From NCBI GenBank assembly GCA_951406725.2, contig OX597820.1:83948001-84012000 (forward strand): 64,000 nucleotides of DNA. The letters are read 5' to 3'. The notes under the pieces are model-generated. The model made no database searches and was not told the DNA's origin. It saw only the letters and a list, made by a program, of their open reading frames with translations. Made by a program: the position numbers and the translations under genes. Source of the DNA: Octopus vulgaris (taxonomy: Eukaryota). This document shows, piece by piece, positions 28,244 to 41,800 of this stretch (positions are counted from its first letter, which is position 1; every line of letters starts with the position of its first letter).

Positions 28244-29196
28244 GTGTGTGTGTGTTTGTGTGTGTATGAATATGTGTGTGATTGTGCGTTTGTATGTGCG
28301 TATGAGTGTGTGTATGTATGTGTGTATGTGTGTTTAGTTATAATTATTTCTGTGTATACAGCAAGTAAATGGACATATAATATGTATATATAAGACTGCA
28401 GCCGAGTATATTTCCGTCTGTGACATAGCATCTTTTTATGACTAATTAAGCGACTGTGATGAGAAATATGTACAACTGAAATTAAGTTTACGAACGGATA
28501 ACAAAGAAATTGATATCCCGTTGGGGTACTAAGGTGACCACGCGTCCTTTGAAGAAAAACAATTACCGACAAAACAGGTAACGAAGCCTTCTAGTATTAA
28601 TCTGCTTTCATAAAGTCGAGACATGATAAGAAAAGACTGAAATTCATGTTTTTTTTCAAATTTATATTGAATACTTTTGATTTTTATTCCCATTGACTGA
28701 TATTAATCTCTTTATCCTATAATTATATTTGACTTATTTCCATTACTTTAATTGGAATTTTATGACTAATGTGTATTTTAATCGATGTACCAAAATTTAT
28801 CGAGAAATTGCTCAAGACAAAATGGATACAGAGCAATCAGAAATTGGATGGGATCCACCGTTGTTCACAAAACCACTTACGTGAATGCGTAAGTATACAC
28901 AGCTACAATGGCTCATATTTATATAATACTTATGTAATAGTAAAATATGGAAAATTCAGCAACAAAAAGCTGTTGGTAACAGAAAAAAGTTGTGATTTGT
29001 GATTAAAACCTGTTCAGTCCATCTTCTTGCATAATAATATTTTTATATGCACTCTACTTACACTAACGGATTTTCACGTGTATACTGAGAAAAACAAATT
29101 ATGCTTGGGGTATGATGGCATATGGTAACCCTGTAACCCAGAAGAGCATAGAAATGAACGTTATGAGGTTTTTACTTGGATGTTATTAAATAAATA

Positions 29197-29429
29197 GGCG
29201 GCGAGCTGGCAAAAACGTTAGCACGTCGGGCGAAATGATTAGCGGTATTTCGTCTGTCGCTACGTTCTGACTTCAAATTCCGCTGATGTCGACTTTATCT
29301 TTCATCCTTTCGGGTTCGATTAAATAAGTACCAGTTACGCACTGAGGTCGATATAATCGACTTAATCCGTTTGTCTCTCTTTGTTTGTCCCCTGTGCGTC
29401 TATCTCCTTGTGGGTAGTAAAGAAATAGA
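29197..29429 (+). mobile_element. tRNA-derived SINE family B
   Basis: GGCGGCGAGCTGGC head, TTCAAATTCC B-box, TTCATCCTTTCGGG..TAAGTACCAGT core; 13-bp TSD TATTAAATAAATA (29184-29196, 29430-29442). Confidence 0.9.
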
Positions 29430-29475
29430 TATTAAATAAATACAAGTATCAGTGTGCGTGCGTTTGCGAATATGG

Positions 29476-29517
<42 letters not shown>

Positions 29518-29715
29518 GTGTGTGTGTGTGTATGTATGTGTATGTATGTGCATACATCTATACAAATAGACATTTATATATAAACATATTTCTATAGATT
29601 ATTGGATATAAATACGCTGAAGATAATTTTATACGAAAACAAGACTGTACACGTGTGAAATTATACGTATATATATATATGTGTGTGTGTGTATATAAAC
29701 ATATATCAATATATG

Positions 29716-29762
<47 letters not shown>

Positions 29763-30299
29763 ATATATATATACATATACACGCATTTATGTATGAATGT
29801 ATAGTAAATACTGGAAGATAATGGATTTTCTGCATTTATTGAAGGCTTACAAACACCTCAGATAAATATTGGAGGAAATTAGTTCCATAGTTCAATCGTA
29901 TAAACCGGTCGATCTTGGTCGATTAACCGACAAAGTAGAGCACAATCACCCACCCTTAATTCGCTTCGAGCCATTAGGAAATCTCAGGCAAAAGAAATGA
30001 ATTTGATCAAGATGTTCGTAGTTGAAATGTAGGTCATCAATTTTAAGCTAGCATCTGACCAGTACTGGAAAGCTAAACATCTGTATATATTTTCTAGATT
30101 ATTCGGTTGCAACATACAAATTCATTTTGGTAAATGAACCTCGGATTTACAAATTCGACTTGCAACAGGTTTGAGTTGAGATTGCCTGGATTCAAACAGT
30201 TATCAATAACAAGACATCGATCTATAACAGGGTATATCTATGAGCGTGGTCTCTCTTTAAATACAGAGGAAAATTCGACTAGTATTACCAGCCCCTTCT

Positions 30300-30348
<49 letters not shown>

Positions 30349-30383
30349 GGGGGGGGGGGGGGTTTGTGTGGGTGTGTATATAC

Positions 30384-30973
30384 ATAGGGCACAGAAAGTG
30401 TGTCAATAGCAAGCTGGAGGAGGTTTCGTCCTAGGGCTACAAGCTACAGTAGCTCCCACCCTTAAGTGGCAAAATTACTTCACGATGTCGTGCAGCTACT
30501 GTTTGTACTACGCTCAGAGATTTATTATTGCTTGTTTACACTTTTTCGAGATTAGTGGCTTTTCGTCACTAGAAAAGATATATATATTTTTATTGGGAAC
30601 CACTTCACATCGAGAACCCATGATTGTCACACGCTGATGACGGATCATTACCAAGAAACTCGGGTCCGTGTGTATCATGTCAGGATGGAGATGGGACGGA
30701 ATACTTTCCTTTGCAAATACTGATAGGTCACAGAATGTGTGTCAATAGCCAGCTGGAGGAAATGTCCTCCTGGGTTTACAAGCTACAGTAGCACTCACCC
30801 TTAATGGGTAGCCACATTTAAGTGGGAAATATACTTCACGATGTAATGCAGCTACTGTATATACCTCGTTCAGAGATTTATTATTGTTTGATTACACTTT
30901 TTGGAGATCAGTGACTTTTTGTCACTGGAAAAATGATATATATGTTTGCATTGGGAATCACTTCATATCGAGA
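30384..30973 (+). repeat. ~339-bp tandem repeat (1.7 copies) with hammerhead ribozyme; retrozyme-like
   Basis: 30384-30615 aligns with 30723-30973; HHR lies in the remainder of the first unit; TA microsatellites on both sides. Confidence 0.85.
30619..30679 (+). ncRNA. type I hammerhead ribozyme
   Basis: Stem I CACACG/CGTGTG plus outer CATGAT/ATCATG; CTGATGA 30634-30640; weak stem II; GAAA 30655-30658; self-complementary stem III ACTCGGGT; GUC site at 30666. Confidence 0.85.
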
Positions 30974-30975
30974 TT

Positions 30976-31032
<57 letters not shown>

Positions 31033-32269
31033 TTGAAAAATATTAGAGATATATACAAAACAAAATTTTATATATAACAAATGGAGATGGATATAGCAGA
31101 GGAGACAATATAAGACATTTCAGTTCAGAAGGAATTTAATAAAGCGATTTAAAAATTATATAAAGAAAATATAGAATATTACCGGTTTCGATGATGAATC
31201 TCATTTTGTGAAATATTAGTAAATATTTGTAATAGTTTGAAGTAAAAACAGTTTCTCTTTTGTTTGGGGTCAAAACATATCGGCAGATTTTTCATTGACG
31301 TCTTCTTTAAATATAGTTTGGTATAGAGTGCAAGGTGTTAGAGAGGGTGTCCTTTTAGTATCTTTGGAATGTGACGAGATGTGTGTCAATGGAGGTGTAT
31401 GTTGTGATGAATGCCTTCTTAAAGTAACTATTAAGATTTTCATTTCGTTTTGATGTTTTATTTTGAGTGTCTCCACCTGCGTGCATGTGTGTGTGTAATG
31501 TTTTCATTTGGGTGTCTCTAGTTCTCTGTGTGTGTTTTCGCGATGTTTGCATCTGTGTGTGTTTAAGTGTGTGCAGAGATGGGTGTGTGTATGCACAAAC
31601 ACACACATATAGATACACAAAAGAAAGTATTGCGAACAAACACACAAGTGGAGACACAAAAGAAAACATCGAACTCAAAGGAAGATCCTAATTCTTTCTA
31701 GTATGTATATATGTATGCATGCATGCATGCATGTATGTATGTATGCATCAATATATGTATAAAACACCAACGATCAGTGAAGTGTGGTATAGAGTTGAAG
31801 GTGTTAGAGAGGGTGTGTAGTTGTCTAATGTCTAAAAAAAATCTCTGTGAGTTCCGGTCAAGGGAATGAATGAAAAAGAATTATACAGTAACAAACACAC
31901 GGTGATTTATGGCAAAAACTAAAAGTATTCAAAAAAATAATAGAATGTGTCATAGCAAAAATACACACAATTAATCAAAATTGTGTTTATTTTCAAAATA
32001 ATGAGGATAAGCTGGAGGATAAGTTATCGAAACAGAAACCAAGGCGTAGAAAATATAGAATACGCCGCAAATGAAAGGAAAAATATAACAGAACGAGGAT
32101 ATATGGAATACGTTACCATTCTGCGGTGTTTGTCAATAAATTACGATAAAAGAATGTGGCAAGAAAGTAGATCAAAACAACGTCACAAAATAATTAACTA
32201 AAACGATATATGATTAAGAAGAAATTTAACAAAGAGCAACACGATTTTCCTGCATCAAGAAATGATTAA

Positions 32270-32442
32270 ATGCTTTCCACCTTGTGGCACAAGGTCAGTA
32301 AGTTCGTGTGAGTGAGTAAGTCAACTCAGAAAAGATGAAAGAAAAAGTGAATCTCGGTGGAATTTGAAGTCACCATGTAAGTAAAAAACGCTGTGAGGTA
32401 TTTTGCCCGGGTGCTAACCATTCTGCTAGCTCACCGACTCAC
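32270..32442 (-). mobile_element. decayed SINE family B
   Basis: AAAGATGAAAG..CTCGGTGGAATTTGAA..TTGCCCGGGTGCTAAC..TTCTGCTAGCTC. Confidence 0.6.
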
Positions 32443-33759
32443 AAGAAATATCTTCACACTTTACAATAAATGGCACTGTAGAGCCAGTGTAATTCAGATA
32501 CCAGAGAATTTTAAGCAAGAACGGAATGGAAGATAACTATTCACCAAAACGTACTTGCTAAAATACCAAAGATGTTTTAGCGGTCTCTCTAATGAATTAC
32601 AGCAAAAAATTTCTAGATTATCACAATCTTGAATGATGTAATTGTCTCCTTAGAAATTGGAATATGAGCATAAAATTAAGAAGGTATGACACTAACAAGA
32701 AATAAACAGTTACATATAAACGGAAAAGTGATTGTGTGCATATGTGTATATATATACGTGTGTGTATGTGTGTCCGTGTTAGCGCGCGCGCGTGAGTGTC
32801 TGTACGTGTGTGTGTTTTTGTGTAAACAGTATAGGTCGCACATACATGGTGTATGCGTTTTGTTTATATACCCATTTGCTGTGGTATAGCGTCCTATGAA
32901 AGTTTTCTACATTATGCACGATGTTAAACGACAACAAAAAAACAGAGTATTTGGAAGAACTCGCCGGGAATAGGTGCGAATGGTACATGTCGATATATTT
33001 GCCATTATTGTAGTTGATTAAAACCATATATTCGGATCACCTAGGAAAGAAGTGAATCACTAGCCTGGGACGTATTTTCAAATTGATTGAACTGTATTTG
33101 CTGATATGCTGCGACATGGGAAATGTAATCAAAAATTATATTACAAAACAAAAGCAGCTCTACAACTGTAAACATTAGCAGTCGCACATTCGGAGTGTAG
33201 GTCTTTTCTTTATACATCCATTTACTGCGGGATAGAGTCCGGGAAAAGCTCCCTTCGCTATGCAGGAGTATTAAAGAAAAACCGAATGTCCAAAGCCAGG
33301 CGAGACAACCTGCAACGAAAGACCGACACTGGTAGATACGATATTTCACCATTATTGTGGCTATCAAAATACATAGTTTTGATAAGTCAGGATAATGGCG
33401 AAATATCATTATCAACTGTTCCCATTTATTTAAGCTGCATTCTATGGATAGATACTGGACTTGCTTTTAATTCGTAATGCACACACGTACATATACATAC
33501 ACTAATATATATATATATATATATACATGTATGTATTTATATATATATATATACACACATGCACATTCATACATACATACATACATACATACATACATAC
33601 ATACATACTGAATTGATTGCATCGCAATCATTAATATTTATGTATTAACTTTTTTGGGTACTTCAATAACAGTATATTGGATATAAGTTATCCCATAGAG
33701 GGTTGCATTTACAACCCCTATTTCAATTTGTATATATATATATATACTTCATATCAAGA

Positions 33760-34330
33760 ATAAAATCATAACTTGTAGAAGTTTCTTTATATTTGGAAAT
33801 GGAAGATACGGAACAGGAATCAAAAGAAAGCATCCAAATAACGATAGAAAGACACCACACCGTGAATCACGCCTTATTGTTGCCTCGATACAATGTGATT
33901 TTCCAATAAAAATATAAGCGCTTCTGCAAGGAGTTGAAAATATTCGAATAAATAGCAAATTTTTTTTACAGGAAATAAATATGAGGTATAAATTCTGGAT
34001 GCCACATAACGTGTTGAGAGGTATAAGTATATTTCAAATATATCGAGGGAGGATTGGGAACTCATCCATTGTCTTCAAACTATTATTTGTCACACGTGTG
34101 CGGTGGGATTAAAAACTGTAATAAATAAACATGCATCTCCTTTCATATATCCCTTGGTACATAGAATTCGACAAAAATATAGGTAGGAATCTTCAGGGTG
34201 TCATAAATTTCCATTATTGTAAGCAGTTATCACGAACTTTTGCATCATCTTCATTGAAATCAAGTAGTAACAACATGTGATCCAGAATGTGAAGACTCTA
34301 AATTCTAGGACGGAAGCTGTTTGATTACAG
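33760..34330 (-). mobile_element. possible PLE RT remnant
   Basis: FYRYLDAFF resembles the PLE RYxDD motif; heavily decayed. Confidence 0.35.
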
Positions 34331-36394
34331 CTTATATATATTTTAATTTCAACAGAATTATATCCATAGAAATGGTACCGGAATTTAATATTCCCGTTTT
34401 AGTAGCAAATATCGTGCATAGCAGGCGCGATACAAAAAGTTGCATCATTTTTTTCGAGTATTGAAAAGCGTTCAAGAAACTCTCCCATTTTTGTATATTT
34501 GATACATCGTACAAATATTTCCTGTATTATTATGCTATGTCAACAAGATAGTGTCAAAATATTAGTCAACCCTTAAATTAAGAAGAAAACAGGATTAAAC
34601 CGGTCTTATCTAAAAATATATAAAGGTCATGTAAATATAAATATTTCCTGTATGCTGATGATTGAAGACCACTTAGAAACCCCAACTCAAAAGTATGCAA
34701 GGCGTTGTTCGTAAAGTCAAAATGGATATGCTACTGATTACGAAGCTCGAAATATCTGTCATTAATATCTATAAAGCTGAAATGCGAAAACGTTCTTTGA
34801 TTTCTTGGTTATTCGTCTCATTTTAGGATGGTAACAGTTTAAGGGGCGGTACATGGGGTCGGATTGGGGCAGAAATTTACACTAGGGGTAAAATGCGGTG
34901 TGCAATGATGTGAGGAGGTTTGCAAGTCGCTCGGGGCTACCGTTTGGTTGCCATGGTGAGGAATAGGGGGAAAATTGTGTTTTATGGTATAGGCAGGTTG
35001 CGCTGTTTGAATAATGGTGGCTTTTCATGTTGCTGCAAGTGCTAAAGGCTAAGCACGCGTCAAAATAGCTAGCCAGTATTATAAACCTAAGTAAAATATT
35101 AAAGCTGGAAATATCGTATTACATTCTAACTATGCAAAACTAACTCTTCCACAAATACTTATAAAACTGAGACGGTAGAACACAGAGAAGTTAGATCATT
35201 ACAGAACATTCCACCAAATGACTCAGATTAACACTAAAAATGTACTGGAAATATAAATACACTAGCAATCAGTTCATAAAATACAGATTCAACTATTTTA
35301 TTGCAATGAAACCTGAAAACATCTAAGAACGTTTAGAAATCATCAGACTAAAAAAAAAAACAGAATGGAACTTTATATAAAGTAGTATTTCAAAATAACA
35401 GTGGGTGAACGAAGATAAAGCGAATTAGCCAAGCGAAAATTAATGTAATTAAAGAACAAAAAATTCAGCGCCAATTTCCTCGGTATATAGTGAAAGGTTA
35501 TAGTACAAATTAGAAAGTAACAATAGTGATGACAAGGATTTAAATTACGCAATCGAAAACTATTTAAATAATAGGAAAACAACAAAATGCTTGAAATAAT
35601 GGCAAACAAAAGTCAACGAATTCAAATACCAATTAAGATATAATAGAATTGAACACCACTCCATAAACAATATTCCGCAAGTTTCGACAAAGTCAGTTAG
35701 TGACAAATATCACAATGTCTTAATGTCTCCAAGTTGTTTATATATAAATGGTATTATTTGTACTGAATTATTATTTGAAGAAATTTCTAATTAAAAAAGG
35801 ATGCTATGATATTTTTCAATAAATGTAGTTTACTCATTCATCCGAGCGATCCAGTAAGTTAGGATACGTTATACAGTTTGGTCTACATTAAAATTCCTTA
35901 GTTTGGAATTCTATTTTCCACATTGACAATTCTTCAAAATAAAGAATGACATAGTTTTGGGCATCCGAGTTTATAATTAGAGTGTGACTTGTGCAGTATG
36001 AAGAGAGAACCAAACTATACAGTGCCAAGTAGAAGGATATCAAGACATGTCAGCACTACATAGGAAACAAGTTTGCTTCTCAAGAGAAAGACAAACAACA
36101 CCCCAGTTAACACATAGCTAGATGTGCTACAAAATTTCAAGCAAACATTAAACTGTTCCCTTTATACCAAGGCTATGGCACAAAATGTGAAGAACGAGTA
36201 AATAGACTGCAATCATTGAAAAATTTCAACCACGCCTATATGGGAGCATATATTCAATTCTAATTACAGTTTTATTCAATCCAATTTTATACACTCAATC
36301 ATAAACCATTTGGTTTATATACAAATAGTCTATATGTAAGTAAGTCACTTTAACTTCACATAAATGGGGAATGAACTACCCTGATTCCAATAGT

Positions 36395-36610
36395 GGTTTA
36401 AAATTTAGGCATAAATCAAGCAATTACGACGAATGATGTAAGTCAATTACAGCGACCCTAGTACTCAACTGGAAATTACTTTATCAACCATGAAAGAATG
36501 AATGGCAAATTGGACCTCGACGGATATTGAACTTTGAACGTACTGACGGATGAAATGCCCCTAAAAATTTTGATTGGTGTCCTAGCAATTCTGCCATCTC
36601 GCTGCCGTAT
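36395..36610 (-). mobile_element. decayed SINE family B
   Basis: CGACCCTAGTACTCAACTGG..GACCTCGACGG..TTCTGCCATCTCGCTGCC. Confidence 0.65.
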
Positions 36611-37009
36611 CCCCTGCTTCTAATAATATCAATAATTTATTACCTACCCCCAGCTTAATTTACATACTGAACATCTGAACTGCTATCAACATCGAATAAC
36701 AAAAATCATTATGGTAGCATGAAATCACACCTTAATTACAAATTACTTTGTCATGAATAAATTAGTAAAGCGAAACCGCATAATTGTATGCTATTTTATT
36801 TCACAAGTATATTTTGAACATAAACATTTTAATGAACTTCCCTTTGTATTCTTATTATAATCCATCACGTGGAGATTATCTATAACTTTCAATATATGGT
36901 GGGGCTCCAGCATGATCACAACCGCATGGCTGAAACGAGTAAAAGAGTCAAAGCGTATAAGTATGTATGTGTGTGTATGTGTGTGTGTGTACATACACAA
37001 CCTCATATA

Positions 37010-37205
37010 TCGCCGTCGTCGGCACCACTCGTGTCCGAGTTTTGTTCGTCCGGTGATTCCATGATGTTTAAAACTGAGATGGCTCAGTAGACCAAGTCGG
37101 GATAGAACAGTCCTGGGGATTCCATCACATGCAGGGCATGTGGTGGTCTTGTTTGGAGTTGGCAGTCCTTGCAATTCCTTCTTTTCCCTTCTTCCGTGTT
37201 TCTCG
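37010..37205 (-). mobile_element. RTE LINE 3' fragment
   Basis: CPACDGIPRTVLSRLGLLSH resembles the C-terminal C2H2-like motif of RTE ORFs. Confidence 0.6.
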
Positions 37206-39101
37206 AGATACACACACAAACACACAAAATACATACACACATATATGGGTAGATATATTGATAGATAAGAGAGGGGAATATGTATATATGTATACACGTA
37301 TACTTTGTTACAATACCTTTAACATGGAATACAATTCATTGTGCACATTATGTTTTATCTCCATCTGACGCAATTAGCAGTGTCATTCACATTTACGCAC
37401 ACACAAACCACACACACATACACACGCACAAATACTGATATATCACATGCATGGTCACACGCACACACACCTTAAATTGTTAATATTCTCAGAAGTATTC
37501 TTGCAATAATTTATGTTGGTACAAAATACAATGTTATCTGCTTTGTAAATGTGTTAATCTGTTTCTGATTTCTGTGCGATTGCGATATTTGACGCGATTG
37601 TTTTAGTTCTCACCAAGTAACGTTAAGAATGTGAACGCTGAATAATGTTGTATCGAAACAGAAACCATTCTGTGCTATATGACACATCCATTAATCCTCT
37701 CAGTTATAAAAGAAGCCTAACCCACATCATTTTATAGTAATCAGCCATTTGCACGTCATCCGTCAAGTCAAAATTTCCTCATCCATCAAATGATCAAATA
37801 TTTTAGAAAACTATATAAAATATTTGCTAGATTGATTAATCCTTAATTATATGTTCGTTTGTAAAAAATTCGAGCCCATTAAAAAGAGTAGTCATTAAAT
37901 TCTTCAGTCTTCCGTCACGAGATCCACGATGTTCGATCTCGTTTCAAATCATTTCCTTCTTTCCATCTCATTTTATATAATTATATATTTATATTTTTAT
38001 TGTAATTCATTTTTCAATTTATTTCAATGTCCCAACTGACAATCACAATATTGATGAAAAATTTATTGGACTATCTCCGCGCTAGTGGACGTCATTTTGG
38101 ATATTGCATCCTCTTGCAAGTTGCCTCACCCTACATTAATCATCCGACCGATTAGTTCCAGCTTTATTTGCAAAGGAACAAGTAGTTATCAATTTCTAAT
38201 CGAGCAGTGCACATTGTCTCTGATGTTCATCCTCTTATCTGAAACCATTTCTCTGATGTTATTACCGACAAACGGAACTCTTACGCTACCAGCTAACAAG
38301 AGCGTTTATTCGTAATTCGCTCCACAAGCCAAATTTTACGAGAAAACAAAAACAAGGTGTGTTGGGAAATAAAGAATTGATCGGAAAAATATTCACTATT
38401 GAGACATTTTTAAAACCTGTTTATATGAGGCAGTTAACACTTCTCATTTGCAAATTTTCTCCTTATTCTGGTAAAAATAAATGCCTCCCTGTTTTAAAAC
38501 TTAAGAAAGCATTAGAAGCAATCGAGAGAAAATTTACTAATTGTACTGTTAGTAATGCGAAAACAAGATAATTGAAATATGCGCACTTTAATACCTTGCA
38601 ATTGTTTGTTAAAATACTCTGAGCGGGTCAAATGGAAACGTTACTCTGTTTACTTTTCTTTTGTTGTCTTTATCATTTAATATATATTATTGCTTCGTCA
38701 CTACTTACGCAAAAACATTTCAACGATAGAAAAAAGTTTATCATTTAATATCATGATCAATGATTAGACTTGGACGATATTTGAAAATATTATACTTCCA
38801 ATACTTGTGGTGAAATTTATTTGGAGTATTTTTCGAGACATCCATCGTATTATTACCTATTTTATATCAAATAGTTGGAGACAGAGTGATGTAAAGTTGT
38901 ACAATAATTGAAGAGCATGGGAGAAGCTGCTCAGTAGTTAACAATGTTTGTAAGTCACCGTTACAGAGCACTCTGTGGATAATAACATGCACCAAGTATT
39001 CAAGAAACAAAAAAGGGTTCTTAAATACAAAATAATAAGCTAAAAATGTTATTTACAATGCAACTGAATTTCTCATAAGAGATGCGAAATTATTTTCTGA
39101 G

Positions 39102-39139
<38 letters not shown>

Positions 39140-39345
39140 TATCTTTTATCATGTACATGTTTCTGTCGTTAGACTGCATCCATGTTGGGGACACCGATTT
39201 CATGAATTTTGTCGAATAAACTCCAGTACTTCGTTTTTTAAAACCTGGTACCTATTCTAGCGCTCGCTTTGGTCGAAACGCTCACGTACGGGAAATACAC
39301 TATCACTGTTTGTCAAGCGATCGTAGAGGGACAAATGTAGACTCA
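39140..39345 (-). mobile_element. SINE family A, 3' half, diverged
   Basis: TGTTTCTGTCGTTAGACTGCATCCATGTTGGGGACACCG and TGTCAAGCGAT match the family. Confidence 0.65.
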
Positions 39346-39395
39346 AAGTCACACACATATGCATATAAATATATATATATACACGTACTTACAAA

Positions 39396-39476
<81 letters not shown>

Positions 39477-40158
39477 TCGGAAATGGATGCGTGGCGTTCA
39501 ATCATATCATAATATAAATAATATATATATGCGTATAATTTCACCGTTCTCTGACTGTCCCTCTCTCTCTCTCACTCATTCTTCCTCCTTTGATCTCTCG
39601 TTGTTCGTACGTGATCATCGGCTATATTGTTTCCTTCCTTTCCTAACTTAAGTTTCTTTCTTTCTATCTGATCAGCTGCAGGGATAAGACGCATTCTTGT
39701 CTGCCTTCTGTCTAAGCTTATTCCACAAGCGTTTACCACAACTCACCTCGTTTAGGCTAAGCAGCCCTTCGCCTTTGTTTTCACTGTCCTGCGTTTTTAT
39801 CAAATTTGACCCTCTGCAAAATCCCAAATATTATTTAATTTGAGGGAGCAGCTGTTTTAACGAAGGCGTATCTTGTCATGAATTGTTAGGAATAAGGAGT
39901 AGAAAACAGCCGACAACCGATGAAGAGTCGTTCTTTATGAAGCTTGTCTTGTTTTCTATTTGCTTCTTTCGTTGTTTGCAAAATAATTTAATATTCCATC
40001 AATTCGTATTTAGAATTTCATGTTGTTTACGTTCTGTGACGTTCCTAGTCTATATGTGCATGTGTATATGTAAGTATGTACATATATATGTTTATATGCA
40101 TATGTATATATATATATATATATATTATTTATATTATATATATGTATATATGTATGTA

Positions 40159-40265
<107 letters not shown>

Positions 40266-40486
40266 TTATAGTATGAGAATTTTTGGTGTCAAGGAGACCC
40301 AAAGGAGAGAGGTAATGCTGAGTAAGTGCCATGCTGAGTAAAACTATAGTTAAGCTCCACGTTCGATAATGATAGGAATGAGGAGTCGAACGTAGGTCAT
40401 GTATTATGCATATATATATATGAATTAACAGAATGAGATACAAATTCAAGGCTGTAATTAATTTTCATACTATTTCTGAAGAGAAG

Positions 40487-40534
40487 GTCTTACAACTGTT
40501 TCCGGAATATTTTATATATACCTTCATCAGAGTC
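40487..40534 (-). ncRNA. type I hammerhead ribozyme (left arm of palindrome)
   Basis: Minus strand GACT-CTGATGA-AGGTATATATAAAATATTCCG-GAAA-CAGTTG-TA-AGAC. Confidence 0.7.
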
Positions 40535-40721
40535 AGTGTGAGAAAATGTTTAAGTAATAGTTATCATAGAGAAGATCTGAAATGCAAAGTGAAGAGGAAG
40601 AATGAAAACAGACGTGAAATACGTAAGGAAATTTTATCTCACGTCTATTTTCATTCCTCCACTTCACTCTGTATTTCATATCTTCTCCATAATAACTATT
40701 ACTTAACCATTTTCTCACACC

Positions 40722-40769
40722 ATCTCTGATGAAGTGATATATAAAATATCCCGGAAATATGTGTAAGAC
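40722..40769 (+). ncRNA. type I hammerhead ribozyme (right arm of palindrome)
   Basis: TCT-CTGATGA-AGTGATAT..ATATCCCG-GAAA-TATGTG-TA-AGA. Confidence 0.7.
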
Positions 40770-40844
40770 CTTCTCTTTATCAATATTCTGAAAAGTATTC
40801 ACAGCTTTGGATGTTTATCTCACTCTGTTATTTTATACATACAG

Positions 40845-40888
<44 letters not shown>

Positions 40889-41399
40889 GTAGGTGCAGCC
40901 AATTAACTAGTGTTATCTGCAGAATCTATAGCGAAAAGTGGAATGTTTGCAATACATTAAGCAGCCGGTAGTTTAAGTCTAATATCTGTCCCATAAATGT
41001 TGTCTGACAGATATGTACGCTTACTATGTATAACTATCTAGTGGGGGAACTTGTACGCGTATTTATGAGTGTATGTATATGCATGTATATATATGCATGT
41101 AAATATGTATATTCGTGTGTTTGTGTGTGTACAAATATACGTGCATTTTTAGATATGTACGTGATTACTTACGTGTATTTGTGAATATACATACATCTAT
41201 TATGTTTCCCTTTTATGATGTTTTACCTTAAAATTTCTTTTGATGCTGTTTCCTCAATTCATTTGATTACTGAAATATATCTTTATTTTTATTCCAGGTA
41301 CCTGGAACCTGGTAATAGATGAAATTGATGAATGTGTCAAATTGCTATACCATAAAGATCTAAATCTTTGAACAATATTCGCTGACATTATGATTAAAA

Positions 41400-41800
41400 A
41401 TTATACACACCTTCATATAGTTTCATTTTGTATGATATTGAGTTGTATTTTCAGATATCCCGAGTAATATTATTGAATTCGATATGAGTTGATTCTGATA
41501 TACTAAGCCTGTCCACGATTATTTCACCCGATTTGGAAATATTAATAGAACATTAGATCAAACAGCATAGAGAGGAGTTTCACAGAATATTTACTCTGAA
41601 ATTCAAATTATTGACTGACAATCTTATTATCTAGAATAGTGCATTCTTTTTCAATGGGAAAAAATACCTACATATTAGAGATACTGCATTAGGAAACAAA
41701 ATTGCTCTAGTGTAATAGAAATCTGTAATGGGATATCTGGAACAAAACCAGTAATAAAATGTTGGTGAAAATTATGGTAGTGATTTTAAAAGATATATAT
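41400..41800 (+). mobile_element. PLE reverse transcriptase remnant
   Basis: FFFNGKKYLHIRDTALGNKIA..VMGYLEQ resembles PLE QIKGTAMGTKMAPTYANLVMGYLE. Confidence 0.7.

Larger units (their letters stand above)
40426..40830. repeat. fold-back palindrome, ~195-bp arms, HHR in each arm
   Basis: 40426-40621 vs 40635-40830. Confidence 0.92.

Noticed and set aside
29612-29660. CTGAAGA..GAAAACAAGACTGTA possible hammerhead
   Set aside because: Stems I and II do not pair convincingly.
34840-35075. Possible Helitron 3' end (..GCACGCG..GCTAG)
   Set aside because: Hairpin not clear; insufficient evidence.
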